The translations under genes and the position numbers were made by a program. Positions 1-12,746 of a DNA stretch of 64,000 nt are shown one piece after another. Position 1 is the stretch's first letter, and each line of letters opens with the position of its first letter. The stretch covers positions 64,001-128,000 of the forward strand of contig CAWIEK010000054.1 of assembly GCA_963835065.1 (NCBI GenBank), in the 5' to 3' direction. The DNA comes from an uncultured Chthonomonadaceae bacterium. Its GTDB lineage: Bacteria > Armatimonadota > Chthonomonadetes > Chthonomonadales > Chthonomonadaceae. The notes under the pieces were generated by a model. The model searched no databases, was not told the origin of the DNA, and was given only the letters and a program-made list of their open reading frames with translations.

Positions 1-135
1 GTGAAATGAAACTGTTCGGGCGCAGTCCAGCGAACGCCTTCCGTGCCAATCACGTCGCGCAGCCGCGTTTGAACCTGCTTCATCGCGTCGCGTATCTCGT
101 CCGGCAGCAGTATCGCCACAAAAAGCCGTTTCATC

Positions 136-627
136 TCAGTCGTCTTGTGCCGCCGCGTTCGCGTGAAGCGCTGGTTCGTGGGCGCGGTAATACTGAAACA
201 CCTGATCTACGCTGAACGTGTCCGGGTCTTTGGGAATAAACAGGACGGGTTCCAGCGGGTCGTAGTCAAGCGGGCCTTCCATCATGACCACGTTTTCGCT
301 GAACACTTTGTACCGCTTTTCCAGTTCGCCCAGGGCGGAAAAAATAACGGCGTAAATGGCAGCCGTCAGCGTTTCCTGATTGGCGCGCTCACCCGTCAGC
401 GTCTCCACCGAGATGGCGGCAAGTACGCCCACCAGGTTCAGCGCCTCCTCACCCTTGCGCTCATTGGTACGCACCACATTCAGCAGCACCGAATCCGGCA
501 GCAATTCCAGCGCCATTTCCCACTGCGAATCTTCCGGCAGTTCCTGCACCTGCAGCAGGGCATCCCGCATTTGATCTGCCGCTTCTAAATCAGCCGCCGA
601 AATGTTCGGCTTCGGATAACGTCTCAA
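136..627 (-). CDS. hypothetical protein (163 aa, acidic, helical)
   Basis: ORF with protein-like composition and AGGAG-like RBS upstream; no family recognised. Confidence 0.6.
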   Translation of the reverse strand: MRRYPKPNISAADLEAADQMRDALLQVQELPEDSQWEMALELLPDSVLLNVVRTNERKGEEALNLVGVLAAISVETLTGERANQETLTAAIYAVIFSALGELEKRYKVFSENVVMMEGPLDYDPLEPVLFIPKDPDTFSVDQVFQYYRAHEPALHANAAAQDD

Positions 628-640
628 AACAGGCTCCTTG

Positions 641-759
641 TCAGGGGTCAGGATTCAGGGGTCAGGGGTCAGGGACGTTGTGCCCAATTGCTCTCAATTT
701 TCACAAGTGAAGTGCCAATACACGGGCGTATTTCCCTGACCCCTGAAATCCTGACCCCT
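641..759. repeat. intergenic inverted pair of TCAGGGG heptamer arrays
   Basis: 641-675 TCAGGGG array and 733-759 its reverse complement; both arms carry the same GGAT(T)TC variant unit. Confidence 0.9.
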
Positions 760-760
760 C

Positions 761-2128
<1,368 letters not shown>

Positions 2129-2898
2129 GGGTTCGCGTCCTCTGTGTTTGAAAATTGAAACGATTCGAACGTACTACGACGCAATCCCGCCATGGGGTTC
2201 AAAACTCCTGTGTATTCTTTAGCCGGTCGGCCCTTGACTGCCCACCGAGCCGCGAATGTAAGGTCAGGGACGCGGGCAAAGTCTTGGCTGCCGCGAACTA
2301 TACTACCGGCGTCTGAGAAAGCGGTAATGGGGTAAAATGAAGGTATGAATCGCCTACTCACCGTTCCCGACGAAGAACGCGCAGCGCTCACGCGCCGTTT
2401 CGTGGGTACACGCGCCGTTTGATGTTCTCTACTGCGAACGGAGGATGCGCGCCTTGCTGCGGCGTCTGGGCTACTCCCGCCAAAAAGCGCCTCTGGTACG
2501 CGCCTTAGACACAAAGCCCCTGTTGGAGTTGGTTCCCAATCCCTGCCAACACCTCTCCGTCAAAATGCTAACCATCGAATCCGTTTCCGTCTGCTGGAAC
2601 GCCAAAGTATGAGAATATGCTTTATATGCTAAAACGCGCTCCAATATGTTTGGAGGTGGTCGTCATCTTCCGCCTTACTGAATACCGTCAGACAGCCGCT
2701 GAAAACTCTCTTGCACGATTTGTCGAATTCCGGTTCGGCGGTTTCCGGTTCCGACGTTGGATTCGATAGTGAAGGAGAAGTCATCCTGAGTTTGGCGGCG
2801 CTTTAGCACACGAAAAACGTTTGCTGAACGGGTGACTTTTGACTTCGGGCGCACCGACGGCTCCGGCTTCGGGTAGCTCATCAAGAAGGAGAGATGAC

Positions 2899-3384
2899 AT
2901 GGTAAAGCCAGCAAAGAACACGATCTGTCTGTGGTACGATGGAGACGCCGAGGACGCGGCGCGATTTTACGCCGAGACCTTTCCCGACTCAGCCGTCCGC
3001 GCGGTGCACCGCGCCCCGGGGGACTTTCCTTCGGGGAAGCAAGGGGATGTGTTGACGGTCGAGTTCACCGTGATAGGGATTCCTTGCCTCGGACTCAATG
3101 GCGGACCTGCGTTCAAACACAGCGAAGCCTTCTCGTTTCAGGTCGCCACCGCGGATCAGGCGGAAACGGATCGTTACTGGAACGCCATCGTCAGCAATGG
3201 TGGCGAAGAGAGCGCGTGCGGTTGGTGCAAGGATAAGTGGGGATTGTCCTGGCAGATCACACCGGTCGCTCTGATCCAAGCGATAACCGATCCCGATCCT
3301 GCTGCCGCCAAACGCGCCTTCGAGGCGATGATGCAGATGCAAAAGATAGACATCGCTACCATCGAGGCGGCTCGTCGCGGTTGA
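2899..3384 (+). CDS. VOC/PhnB family (3-demethylubiquinone-9 3-methyltransferase-like) protein
   Basis: NTICLWYDGDAEDAARFY, GLNGGPAF, CGWCKDKWGLSWQI; AAGGAG RBS. Confidence 0.92.
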   Translation: MVKPAKNTICLWYDGDAEDAARFYAETFPDSAVRAVHRAPGDFPSGKQGDVLTVEFTVIGIPCLGLNGGPAFKHSEAFSFQVATADQAETDRYWNAIVSNGGEESACGWCKDKWGLSWQITPVALIQAITDPDPAAAKRAFEAMMQMQKIDIATIEAARRG

Positions 3385-3461
3385 GCGTGCCTCCCATAAG
3401 CGCAAGGGGAACAGGGTAGGTGACCGCGCATACACTCGGACCTGAGCCTACGGGCAATTCT

Positions 3462-3507
3462 GAACATCGGTTCAAAGGGAGCAAGCTGCTCCGTTGAACC
3501 GATGTTC
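3462..3507. other. long intergenic hairpin (14-bp outer stem plus 6-bp inner stem)
   Basis: GAACATCGGTTCAA...TTGAACCGATGTTC enclosing GGAGCA-AGC-TGCTCC. Confidence 0.75.
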
Positions 3508-3548
3508 CTCTTCCAGAAACCCTACCATAGAACTATGAGAAAAGAACT

Positions 3549-4151
3549 ATGAGAAAAATAATCGTCCTATCATTCATTACCTTAGACGGAGTCATGCAAG
3601 CGCCGGGCGGACCTGAAGAAGATACGTCAAGTGGCTTCAAGTACGGTGGGTGGGTTGCGCCGTATTTTGCCGAAGCGGACGAAGCGGCCGGTGAGCTCAT
3701 GGCAAAACAGATGAAGTCCGCCGACCTTCTTTTAGGCAGGAAAACATTCGAGATTTTCGCTTCCTACTGGCCTGAACACGCAGACTATTGGCCGGGCATC
3801 AATGACGTCACGAAATATGTCATGAGCAGCACTATGGAAAAGTCCGATTGGAAGAACTCGGTTTTCCTCAAAAGCGTGGACGATATCAAAAACCTCAAGA
3901 ATTCAGAAGGTTCTGACATCCAGGTCCACGGCAGCAGCAACCTGGCCCAGACATTGTTCAGGCATGATCTGGTCGATGAGCTATGGCTTAAAACCTTCCC
4001 GGTCACGCTCGGTACGGGCAAGCGCTTGTTCGGTGAGGGCACGATGGCAGCAGCCTTTACGTTAACGGAGAGCCTGGTAACACCAGGCGGTGTGATCTTC
4101 GCCAACTACAAGCGAGTCGGAGAAGTCAAGACAGGTACTGTCGGAGTTTAA
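3549..4151 (+). CDS. dihydrofolate reductase family (RibD C-terminal domain) protein
   Basis: FITLDGVMQAPGGPEED, LLLGRKTFEIF, HGSSNLAQTL, DLVDEL, LGTGKRLF. Confidence 0.92.
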   Translation: MRKIIVLSFITLDGVMQAPGGPEEDTSSGFKYGGWVAPYFAEADEAAGELMAKQMKSADLLLGRKTFEIFASYWPEHADYWPGINDVTKYVMSSTMEKSDWKNSVFLKSVDDIKNLKNSEGSDIQVHGSSNLAQTLFRHDLVDELWLKTFPVTLGTGKRLFGEGTMAAAFTLTESLVTPGGVIFANYKRVGEVKTGTVGV

Positions 4152-4312
4152 GGGGAACTCCCCACTCTTAGCAGGGAGGATGCTCTCGTTATTTCAGCAA
4201 TCCATACGCCTGTTAAGTTCGGATTGTCGCTACAGGCAGGGGACTTGAGTTCCGCTTCGGACATGCCCTTGCCATTATAGATAACGGCAACGCGCGACTT
4301 TGCCCATCAATG

Positions 4313-4828
4313 TTACTGATCTCGAACAGCAGCCAGGGCACGTCGAATTTGTCGGCGGGCGAGCGTCAGGTTTTTCCGCAGATTGTGTTCCCAAACACGC
4401 GCGGGGCGTATGCTCATGCCTTTAAGTTTGGCGTTGATTTCACGATCCCGCTTCTTGTTGCGGGCCGTTTTTGCCGCCCAATACTCTTTGTTGTTGATGG
4501 GCATGATGAAGTGACGAGGGCAGCGATGGAAGAAACAGCCGTCCGCAAAGACGGCTAAATGCAGTTCAGGCAGGTAGAAGTCAGGTTTTCCGGGCAAAGC
4601 GGCAACTCGCTCTTCTATCGTTTGCTCCGGGAACATGGTACGAAGAAGGTTTCCTAATCGCAGTTCAGGCGTTGTACCTGAACTGCGGATGCGAGACATA
4701 TTGTAGCGGCGCTGTTCGGGGGTATGGCTGTCAGGCCGCGTCTTCGTCGCATAATGGCTTTCCAACGTACGTAGCCGAGGGAAGGAGAAGTTTAGAGAAT
4801 GGCGGATTCTCCGATGACAGAGGCGCAC
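4313..4828 (-). CDS. vsr: very short patch repair (Vsr) endonuclease; true start probably near 4740-4760
   Basis: PDSHTPEQRRYNMSRIRS..TTPE, LPGKPDF, FADGCFFH.CP, YW..K..RNKKRD, RVWEH. Confidence 0.88.
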   Translation of the reverse strand: MRLCHRRIRHSLNFSFPRLRTLESHYATKTRPDSHTPEQRRYNMSRIRSSGTTPELRLGNLLRTMFPEQTIEERVAALPGKPDFYLPELHLAVFADGCFFHRCPRHFIMPINNKEYWAAKTARNKKRDREINAKLKGMSIRPARVWEHNLRKNLTLARRQIRRALAAVRDQ

Positions 4829-5345
4829 AAACGCGCCTTGATCGTGGCGTATTACCTGTCTCGCTTTGACCGCAAAGGGGTTCGCGCGCTTGGGTACGCA
4901 ACTTCAAAAGAAGCCTTTGTTGAGATAGGCAGAGCATTAGGCGTGAAAACAGCCACCATCAAGCACATGCGCGAACTCGTTCGATCCCTACTGTTCACAG
5001 GTGTGCGTCGGTTGGTATCAGCGTCCCATTCTGCGCTCACGCGCCAATGTCATTCAAGCCTACGACGAGACAAGCGAAGCGGCCTTAGCAGAAATCGTCC
5101 GCGAGTTGCTGAACAGAAGTGGAGAAGCCGTTGAATCGTACATAGCTCCGGTAAGTGGGGGTTGAGGCCAATGCGGAACTGTCGCTTGACGATGAAAACG
5201 CCTTTGCCGCGCGACTGCGAACCGGCGAGACTGCCGAAACCTTCTTCATGCAGCAGTTTCCAACCCTTGCGATGTTTGCGGGCAGCAGGCTGGAAGACAC
5301 GCGCAAGTTCGGTATTGGCTTTGACTTCCGCGCTTCCTTTCCGCT
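4814..5345 (+). pseudogene. frameshifted and truncated putative nuclease-associated protein (DUF3883-like C-terminal start)
   Basis: Pieces in three frames: AYYLSRFDR...TIKHMR / SFDPYC..GWYQRP / RLRTGETAETFF...DTRKFGIGFDF; stops abruptly. Confidence 0.45.
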
Positions 5346-5660
5346 CTGCTTTCGTCTTGTAATACCGCGATTACGCGCGGGTCTCTTGCCCACATTTGCA
5401 GCTTACCGGTTTCCAGAAACAGTTCCTTCAAGTTCTCCATTGCGTCAATCATCATTATTTCCTCTCGAAAGCTCACCTTCCTCCTCGACAATGAACACAT
5501 GGTCGGCGCACAGTTCCGGGATGTTGAGGCTGCTGTCCTCGAAGCGCACATTAGCGGATTCGATACCGGCCAATCGCAGCGCCGCATGAGGCTGGTCGCG
5601 AAACAGCCGCTTGACGCAACGATCTATCAGATTCGGAATGTCGCTGTCCGTATCGCTCAT
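5340..5660 (-). pseudogene. Rpn/PD-(D/E)XK-like putative transposase remnant
   Basis: IDRCVKRLFRDQP...LNIPELCADHVFIV start typical of the family, followed by an out-of-frame C-terminal-like piece. Confidence 0.5.
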
Positions 5661-5708
5661 AGAGTCCCGCCCACCTTTTCACGACTCCATACTTTTCATA
5701 CTGCCAGA

Positions 5709-6053
5709 CTACGACCTGACGCGATAAACGGGAAAGCCTCCAATAGCCGCCTTTTCAAAGCCATCAGGACGCGCCTTTAGGACGGCAGCAACCATATTCA
5801 CAGGCAAACCTGTCGCTTCGGCAACCCCTTCTGACGTATGCCATTGGCCTTTCGTCCGGGAATTGATAATCTCGACAGCTTCGGCAATCTCGACCGGGGC
5901 GGCGAACGGCACACCTGCGCGTTCCTTCGCGTCCGTTGCAGAGGCAACGGTGTATGGTAGGAACTTAGGCCTTCTACGAGGGAATTTGCTTTTGGGACGT
6001 GGTATGTTGTTCATAGCAGGATTATACGTTGCGCGTCGTGTTCTTGTCAACAT
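5709..6053 (-). CDS. small hypothetical protein, possible winged HTH
   Basis: ORF 114 aa; TSEGVAEATGLPVNMVAAVL helix-turn-helix-like segment. Confidence 0.45.
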   Translation of the reverse strand: MLTRTRRATYNPAMNNIPRPKSKFPRRRPKFLPYTVASATDAKERAGVPFAAPVEIAEAVEIINSRTKGQWHTSEGVAEATGLPVNMVAAVLKARPDGFEKAAIGGFPVYRVRS

Positions 6054-6120
6054 AACTCTCAGAGCAACCGCAGGAAGTATTCTTGTTGTCTAACCGCCAA
6101 AATGCACACTCGTTGCATCG

Positions 6121-6262
6121 TCTGAACCATGATTTTACATGATTTAGAGGATGAGCATGAGGCGCTATTCTGTGCGAGGGCCTCTCTCATTAGCGGCATG
6201 TTTTGGCGATGGGCTTCCTCAATCATGGTAATCATCTAAATCATGTAAAATCATGGTTCGGA
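6121..6262. repeat. 9-bp-periodic palindromic element (AACCATGATTTTACATGATT type), copy 1
   Basis: 28-bp inverted repeat with one mismatch; homologous to 41073-41165. Confidence 0.85.
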
Positions 6263-6276
6263 CATCCGTTCGCCTC

Positions 6277-9200
6277 CTATGGCCGCCTCGTCTTCGGAAA
6301 ATCGGCCTCATCCGAATACCAGACCTTCGCTGTTCCGTCACTACTCCCGGTGACGATACGTTTGCCATCGGGGGAGAACGCCACCGCCCTGACCTCGCCA
6401 TTATGCCCTTTAAGAGTGAGCGTCTCCTGCCCTGTTTCAGCGTCCCATACCTTGCTGTCTCCACTCCCGGTAACGATACGCTTGCCATCGGGTGAGTACG
6501 CAACGCAACTAATTGCGCCGGAACTTCCTTTGAGAGTGAGGAGTTCACGTCCTGTTACCGCATCCCAAACTTTCGCGGTGGTATCATCGCTGTCCATGGC
6601 TCGCCAGCCTGTACTGCCTGTGACGATACACTTGCCATCGGGTGAGTACGCCACAGAGCTGATTGCGCTGGAACTTCCTTTAAGAGTGAGTACCTCTCGC
6701 CCGGTAGCGGCATCCCACACTTTCGTGCCGTCGGAACTGGCGGTGACGATATATTTGCCGTTGGGTGAGAACGTTATGCAGTCGCTCCAAGACTTAATAG
6801 TAAGTATTGCTCGCCCGGTGGCAGTCTCCCATACCTTTGCTGTGCTGTCCTCACTTTTTGTGGCAATATGCTTGCCATCAGGCGAGAACGCCACAGAATA
6901 GACAGCGCCTGCATGTCCTTTGAGGGTGAGCATCTCACGTCCTATTGCCGCATCCCATATCTTCGCCGTGTTGTCCCAGCTGCCAGTTACAATATATTTG
7001 TCATCGGGAGAATATGCCACTGAACTGACGCCACTGGTATGTCCCTTGAGGGTAAGGTGCTCTTGTCCCGTTGCGGTATCCCATACCTTCGCCGTGCCAT
7101 CATCACTTCCGGTGACGATATTTTTACCCTTGGGAGAGAACGCGACGGAGAGTACCTTACCTTTATGTCTTTTGAGGGTGAGTGTCTCTCGTCTCTTTTA
7201 TGTGAGTTCCGCGCACGTCTGCTGCACAATGGAGCCGAGCAGCGCCTCTTCGAGAGGCTGTTGAGCTTGGGACGCGAACGCGGCTGGCTCAAGGTACGGG
7301 GCAAGCAGCGTACCGACAGCACACACGTCGTGGCGGCGGTACGCGCCCTCAACCGACTGGAAGGTGTCGGCGAGACCCTGCGTCATGCACTTAACACCCT
7401 GGCCGAAGCGGATCCGCAGTGGTTAGGAGCGCATCTTCCTTCCGAGTGGATCGACCGCTACGCCAAGCGCTTCGCCAGTGTGCGTCTGCCTCAGGGCAAA
7501 GAGGCGCGCGAAGCGCTGGCTCTATCCATTGGCGAAGATGGCTTTCCTCTTGCTCGCCTGGCTCCAACAACCGAGTACCCCCACAGCGCTCAACCTCCTG
7601 CCCGAAATCACGGTGTTGCGGCAGGTATGGATCCAGAATTTTGCCTTTGTGGAGGGCAAACTCACCTGGCGCGACACCAAGGATATGCCTTCTGCCGCCC
7701 AGTCCATCAACTCGCCTCATGATCCCCAAGCGCGCTACAGCATCAAACGCGAGACCACTTGGTGCGGTTACAAGGCGCATCTGAGTGAAACCTGCGATGA
7801 AGACGCTCCGCGCCTGATTACGCAGGTACAGACAACGGTCGGCACCACGCAAGACAGCGACATGACCGCCCAGAATCCATGCCGACCTCGAAGCCGCGGA
7901 CCGCTTACCGTCGCGGCATTTTGTGGACAGTGGGTATCTGGATGCCCAACTCCTCGTAGAAAGTCCGCAGGACTATGCCGTTGATCTCTATGGTCCTGTG
8001 CCGCGGGAGAACAGTTGGCAGGCCGTGGCGGCAGAGGGCTTTGCCGCCTACGACTTTGCGGTGGATTGGGAGAACCACAAAGTCACCTGTCCCGCGTGGC
8101 AAAACCAATGTCAAATGGTTAGAGGCGCCAGGATGCGGCGGGCAATCCGATGATAAACGTAGGGTTTGCCCGTGCCGAATGTGACGCGTTGTGAGGCGCG
8201 GGAACTCGGTTGTGGCATCCCAAACCTTTGCCGTTTTGTCACCACTTCCGGTGAGAATATGCTTGCTATCGGGAGAGAATGCTACGGAATAGATACAACT
8301 TGCATGTCCCTTTAATGTGAGAATTTCCTGCCCGGTTGTGGCATCCCACATCTTCGCTGTTTTGTCGTAACTTCCGGTGACGATACGTTTGCCATCAGGA
8401 GAGAACGCCACACATCTAACATCTCTGGTATGTCCTTTGAGGGTGAGCATCACACGTCCGGTCGCGACGTCCCAGACCTTGGCGGTGATACCGTAACCGT
8501 CCGTGATGATGCGTTTGCCATCGGGAGAGAACGCTACAGAACTGAATCCTTCAGGACCCTTGAGGGTGAGTTTCACTTGCCCTGTCGCAGCATCCCATAC
8601 TTTCGCTGTGCCAGCATGACTTCCAGTTAGGAGATATTTGCCGTCAGGAGAGTACATCACAGAACTGACGTCCCTAGTATGTCCTTTGAGAGTGAGCAGC
8701 TCTCGTCCTGTAGCTGCATCCCACACTCTCGCTGTGCCGTCGCCACTTCCAGTGGCAAGGCGCTTGCCATCGCGAGAGAATGCTAAAGTTTCAACCATCT
8801 GTGTACTCCCCTTCAGAGTGAGCATATTAAGGTGGAGCATCTCTCGTCCAGTATCAGCATCCCATATCCTCACTGGGTTATTAAAACCGCCTGAACTTTC
8901 AAAGCTGCTTGTAGCGATGCGTGTGCAGTCGGGTGAGACTGCTACGGAGTTGACCGCTATATGATGCCCTTTGAGAGTGAGAATCTCCCGACCGGTGGCT
9001 GCATCCCACACTTTGGCTGTGGTGTCGGCACTGCCTGTGACAATGCGTTTACCATCGGGAAAGTAGGCTACAGAGAGGACATCGCTTCTATGCCCCGCAA
9101 GAGATAACAGCGCAAGGTGGCTGAGACGATTCCAGTAGCCCCACTCGTAACCATGAAATCGACTCTGTCGCGTGTCTGCCAGCAGATCCGTGACATCGCT

Positions 9201-10558
9201 GAGGTCATTTGTTTCCCAATCGCGCTGAATGAGATTCATGCGGGCAATGTAGGAGGTACGTTCTGCGGTATCGGCCTGTATTTGGGCTTCCGTGGTAGCC
9301 TTACGGGCGAGGTCTGCGTTGTGGTTGGCGAGACGTGCCTGTGAAAAGCCATAGACAGCCAGCCTGATGACGACCGCGAGAACCGCACTGCTCAGGGTCA
9401 AAGCGCGTATAAGCCCCTGTCGGTAGGCGATACGCTGCCGCCGCAATTCCGCGCCCGGTATATGCGCTCGTACCCATTCACGGTCGAACACATGCGCATA
9501 GATACGGTTGCGGACTTTCAGTTCCCCACGCTCCACGCGGACGATTCCCGATAGTTTCAGTATGCTCGTCAGCGCGTTGGTTTCATCGTCTGCAACCCGC
9601 GCGTTTTGCCGCACTCTGGCGTACAAATCCAGCAGCGCCGTCAGGTCTACCTCGCTTTGCAGTAGACGGTTGCGCACAAACTGAAGGTTGTCGTCGCTTT
9701 CCATGGCTTTGTGCGCCAGAAACAGATTTGCGCACAGTCGGTCTACATCCTCATCCCGCAACGCCGCCGTGTCCTCCGCCACCAATTTGCACAGGCGCTG
9801 CGTCAGGTAGGGATGCCCGCCCGTCCAGTAGAGAACCCGGTTCAGGAGGGCGTACCCGTCGCGATCCGTCATGCTGATCCCTACGGATAGCGTAGCGGCC
9901 TCTTCGGGAGTGAAGTCGGTCAATTCGATGCGACGCCCGATGTTGAAGGGTGTCATCAGGGTGTTCTGAATCAGGTCGTTTGGCGTCGCCACCCCTAACA
10001 GGCAAAATGTCAACTTCTCGTACTCTGGTTCCTGCGCCCGCCGGTTGTAGCACTCCCGAATCGCCGCAAAGAATTCGTCCGTTGAGAACGGCAGCGAGCG
10101 CACAATGTCTATCTCATCCACGAACACCACAATAGGATTGGAACTGACTGCTAAAGTACGACATCGCGGATTGCCGCCATCCAGCGCTGCATCGGCCCCA
10201 GCGCCTTGTGGGACTGCCAGTAGTCGTCCAACTCGTCTTCAATCCGCAAATGCCGGCCCAATTGTTCCAACAGTCCGTAGTACCACTGCTCGACAGAGAG
10301 GTTCTGCCCCAGCGCGGTGAGATCAAGAACCGCGACCGCAACGCCCTCCTCCCGCAGCCGGTTAGCGGTCCGAACCATGAGCGAAGATTTGCCCATCTGC
10401 CGCGACGTAAGCACATAGCAGAACTGCCCGCCGCGCAGCCCTTCCAGAAGGTTGTGATCGGCCTGCCGGGTGACATAAGAGGGCGCATCGCCGGGCAGCG
10501 TTCCGCCGGGAATAAAGAAGGGCCGATTGCCGGCAGCAGATAAATCGTTTGGTTTCAT
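6277..10558 (-). pseudogene. AAA_35 (STAND-type) ATPase - TM helix - long WD40 repeat protein, interrupted by a transposase fragment
   Basis: [51 protein letters not shown] segment; many LKGH..V.SVAFSPDGKRIVTGS.D.TAKVWDA repeats on both sides of the insertion; extra frameshift near 10150. Confidence 0.88.
7194..8206 (+). mobile_element. internal fragment of an IS1182-like DDE transposase (frameshifted)
   Basis: LCEFRARLL, KQRTDSTHV, SPHDPQARY...WCGYKAHLSETC, VDSGY, F.VDWE..VTCP; lacks N- and C-termini. Confidence 0.85.
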
Positions 10559-12369
10559 AACAGACTCCTGGTAAGATAGAGAGTATAGAGTTGACAGCGG
10601 GGGTGGATGTCTGCCGGTGTTTCCCCGACCATGACACCCGCGCTGCGAAGACGGTAAAAACTTTCGGCGGACGGACAACCCTGCCCGCGCAGCAGGTCCC
10701 GAACCACTTCCATCAGGTCGGTATCCTGCCGGAGCGCAAGCAGCATCCGCTCCAGATGGTCGCCGAAAATGCCGTCGTCGCGCTCCGCCTGCGCTTCGAT
10801 AGCGGCCATGTCCAGCCCGCGCGCCTTCATCTCGTGCAGCGCGCGCCGAACAAGGTAGGGATGGCCTCCCACGAGATCGAAAAGACGGGCGACTTCCTCC
10901 CTGCCCGCAAGCGGCGTCCCGTAACGCCGGTTGAGGTCGGCTGCCTGCTCCCCTGTCAGGTCGTCGAGCGCGACGCGCGTACCGACGTTGAAGGGCGATT
11001 GGTTCAGGTCGGTGATGAAAAGCCGCGCTTCAGTCGCATACGCCATTACCAGCGTCAGGCGGCTGATCAGACCTTCCGGGGCGAAGGAGCGCTCGTTATA
11101 CCAGGCGCGAAATAGTCCGAATACGTCGCTGCGATACTCGCAGGGTAAGAGGCGATCCACCTCATCCAGCCCCCAGACAACCGGCGTGTCCGCTTTGTTT
11201 AACACCGCATTGCGCAGAAACCGCTCGAAGTTGGCCCCGGGCGCGCGATCCGGGTTCCATGCCTGCCGGGGAGAAGCGTCCAGTTCCAGTTGATCGGCTA
11301 TCAATTGCGCCAGCGCCAGGAAGAAGGTTTCGACCGTCTCAAAGTCCGCCGCCGCCAGCTTCTGCAAGTCTGTGAGAATCAGGTGCGCGCCTGCCTGCCT
11401 TGCCTGATCAAGCCCGCGAACCAGCAGACTGGTTTTACCGATTTGCCGGGGGCCTTTCACCAGAACGATGCTGTCGCGCCGGGCAATGGCGGCGCGGAAC
11501 TCCCCGTCTGCCAGTCGCGGGATGTAGAAGGGCGACTTGAGCGGAACCGCGCCCCCAACCGGCTCGTAGCCCGTAAAATCCGGCAGCAGTTCCACCGCAA
11601 CATGTGTCGGCTTCTCCTGCAATCGGTTGTACAGCGCGGTCATGTCGGCAGGGGGTTCCAGCCTGCCGCGCCGGTAGAGGTAGTCGCGATAATGCGCGTA
11701 GACGGTCATCGCTTCCAGTCGTTCTCCGGCCTCCGCAAGCGCCTCCATAAGCTGACGCCACGCCGTTTCAAGTAGGGGCATTTCGATTACCAGCCGGCGC
11801 AGATAGCGCGCGGCAGCCGTGTATTCGTGTTCCGCAGCCGCCTGTTCCGCCAGTTGCCGCAGCGCGTTTACGTAGAGATTCCGGTATCTTTCCCGCGCTT
11901 TGACGACCCAGCCTTCCTCCCAGCCTTCCAGCAGCGGCCCCCTGTAGAGCGACACGGCTTGCTCCATCGCGGCCCGGTCGCCCTGCGCCAGCGCCTGCTC
12001 GAAGGCGATAGTGTCCACGAACACGCCGTCAGCGCGAAAGACGACGGTTCCATTTGTCGCTTCGATGCGCCGCCCCTCGTTTGCAAGCGTCTGCCGCAAT
12101 TTGCGGACACTCTGGCGCAGACTGGCGAGCGCCTTTTCGATCTCTACAGGCATCGAATCCTGTTCCGTCCAGAAGGTTTGCGCCAGCGCTGTGGCGCGGA
12201 GCGCCTGGTCAGGATGCAGGGCGAGAAAGGCGAGCAGCGAGGCTCCAGACCGCAGGCGCAGTTCCGGCAACAATTGGCCGTTGCGCAGCGCCTCAAACGC
12301 CCCGAATAACCGAATGGTCAGTGGGACATCGTTTATTTCGCTCTTGGATATCGCAGGTGGCGAAAACAT
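10555..12369 (-). CDS. SARP/BTAD transcriptional activator domain fused to AAA_35 ATPase
   Basis: [26 protein letters not shown]...[10 protein letters not shown] (BTAD); [44 protein letters not shown] overlap with downstream gene. Confidence 0.9.
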   Translation of the reverse strand: MFSPPAISKSEINDVPLTIRLFGAFEALRNGQLLPELRLRSGASLLAFLALHPDQALRATALAQTFWTEQDSMPVEIEKALASLRQSVRKLRQTLANEGRRIEATNGTVVFRADGVFVDTIAFEQALAQGDRAAMEQAVSLYRGPLLEGWEEGWVVKARERYRNLYVNALRQLAEQAAAEHEYTAAARYLRRLVIEMPLLETAWRQLMEALAEAGERLEAMTVYAHYRDYLYRRGRLEPPADMTALYNRLQEKPTHVAVELLPDFTGYEPVGGAVPLKSPFYIPRLADGEFRAAIARRDSIVLVKGPRQIGKTSLLVRGLDQARQAGAHLILTDLQKLAAADFETVETFFLALAQLIADQLELDASPRQAWNPDRAPGANFERFLRNAVLNKADTPVVWGLDEVDRLLPCEYRSDVFGLFRAWYNERSFAPEGLISRLTLVMAYATEARLFITDLNQSPFNVGTRVALDDLTGEQAADLNRRYGTPLAGREEVARLFDLVGGHPYLVRRALHEMKARGLDMAAIEAQAERDDGIFGDHLERMLLALRQDTDLMEVVRDLLRGQGCPSAESFYRLRSAGVMVGETPADIHPRCQLYTLYLTRSLL

Positions 12370-12387
12370 CCTTACTCCTGATAATGC

Positions 12388-12438
12388 CGGTGTTCGGTAT
12401 TCGGTGTTCGGTATTCGGTGTTGGGTATTGGGTGTTCG
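12388..12438. repeat. GGTRTTS heptamer array (about 7 units) in the 5' leader of the BTAD-AAA_35 gene
   Basis: cggtgttcggtattcggtgttcggtattcggtgttgggtattgggtgttcg. Confidence 0.85.
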
Positions 12439-12746
12439 AACAATCCGGCATCTTCATGCTCTAAGGCGCGCGCAGCGCATGGAGGCTAATCAAGATCGTT
12501 CGCTACATCAGTATAAGCGGATTTGAGGCTGTTTTCGTCTTGGTCACAGTTTCGTCACGGGTTTATTTTCGTGTCATTCAGGGGCAGGGGTGACAGTGAG
12601 GGTTGGCGAGGGAATCGAGAGATTGACATGCTTCTTACAGATAGAACAGCCTGACTTTTAACCCGTTCCCTGTCTCGTCCCTCTTCCTCCGCTCGTTTCT
12701 GCCGATAATTCCAGTCGGCAAGGACGAAGCGGGAGGAAAAACCATC

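Noticed and set aside
3384..3548. Hairpin between VOC and RibD-like genes as an integron attC site
   Set aside because: No convincing RYYYAAC/GTTRRRY box arrangement or extrahelical bases, and no integrase
6277..9110. WD40 nucleotide repeats as a DGR template/variable pair
   Set aside because: Similarity reflects protein repeats; no adenine-specific pattern was noted and no reverse transcriptase is in the window
10575..10600. gatagagagtatagagttgacag as a heptamer block
   Set aside because: Encodes the conserved AAA_35 C-terminal motif RCQLY..YL, also seen in the paralog
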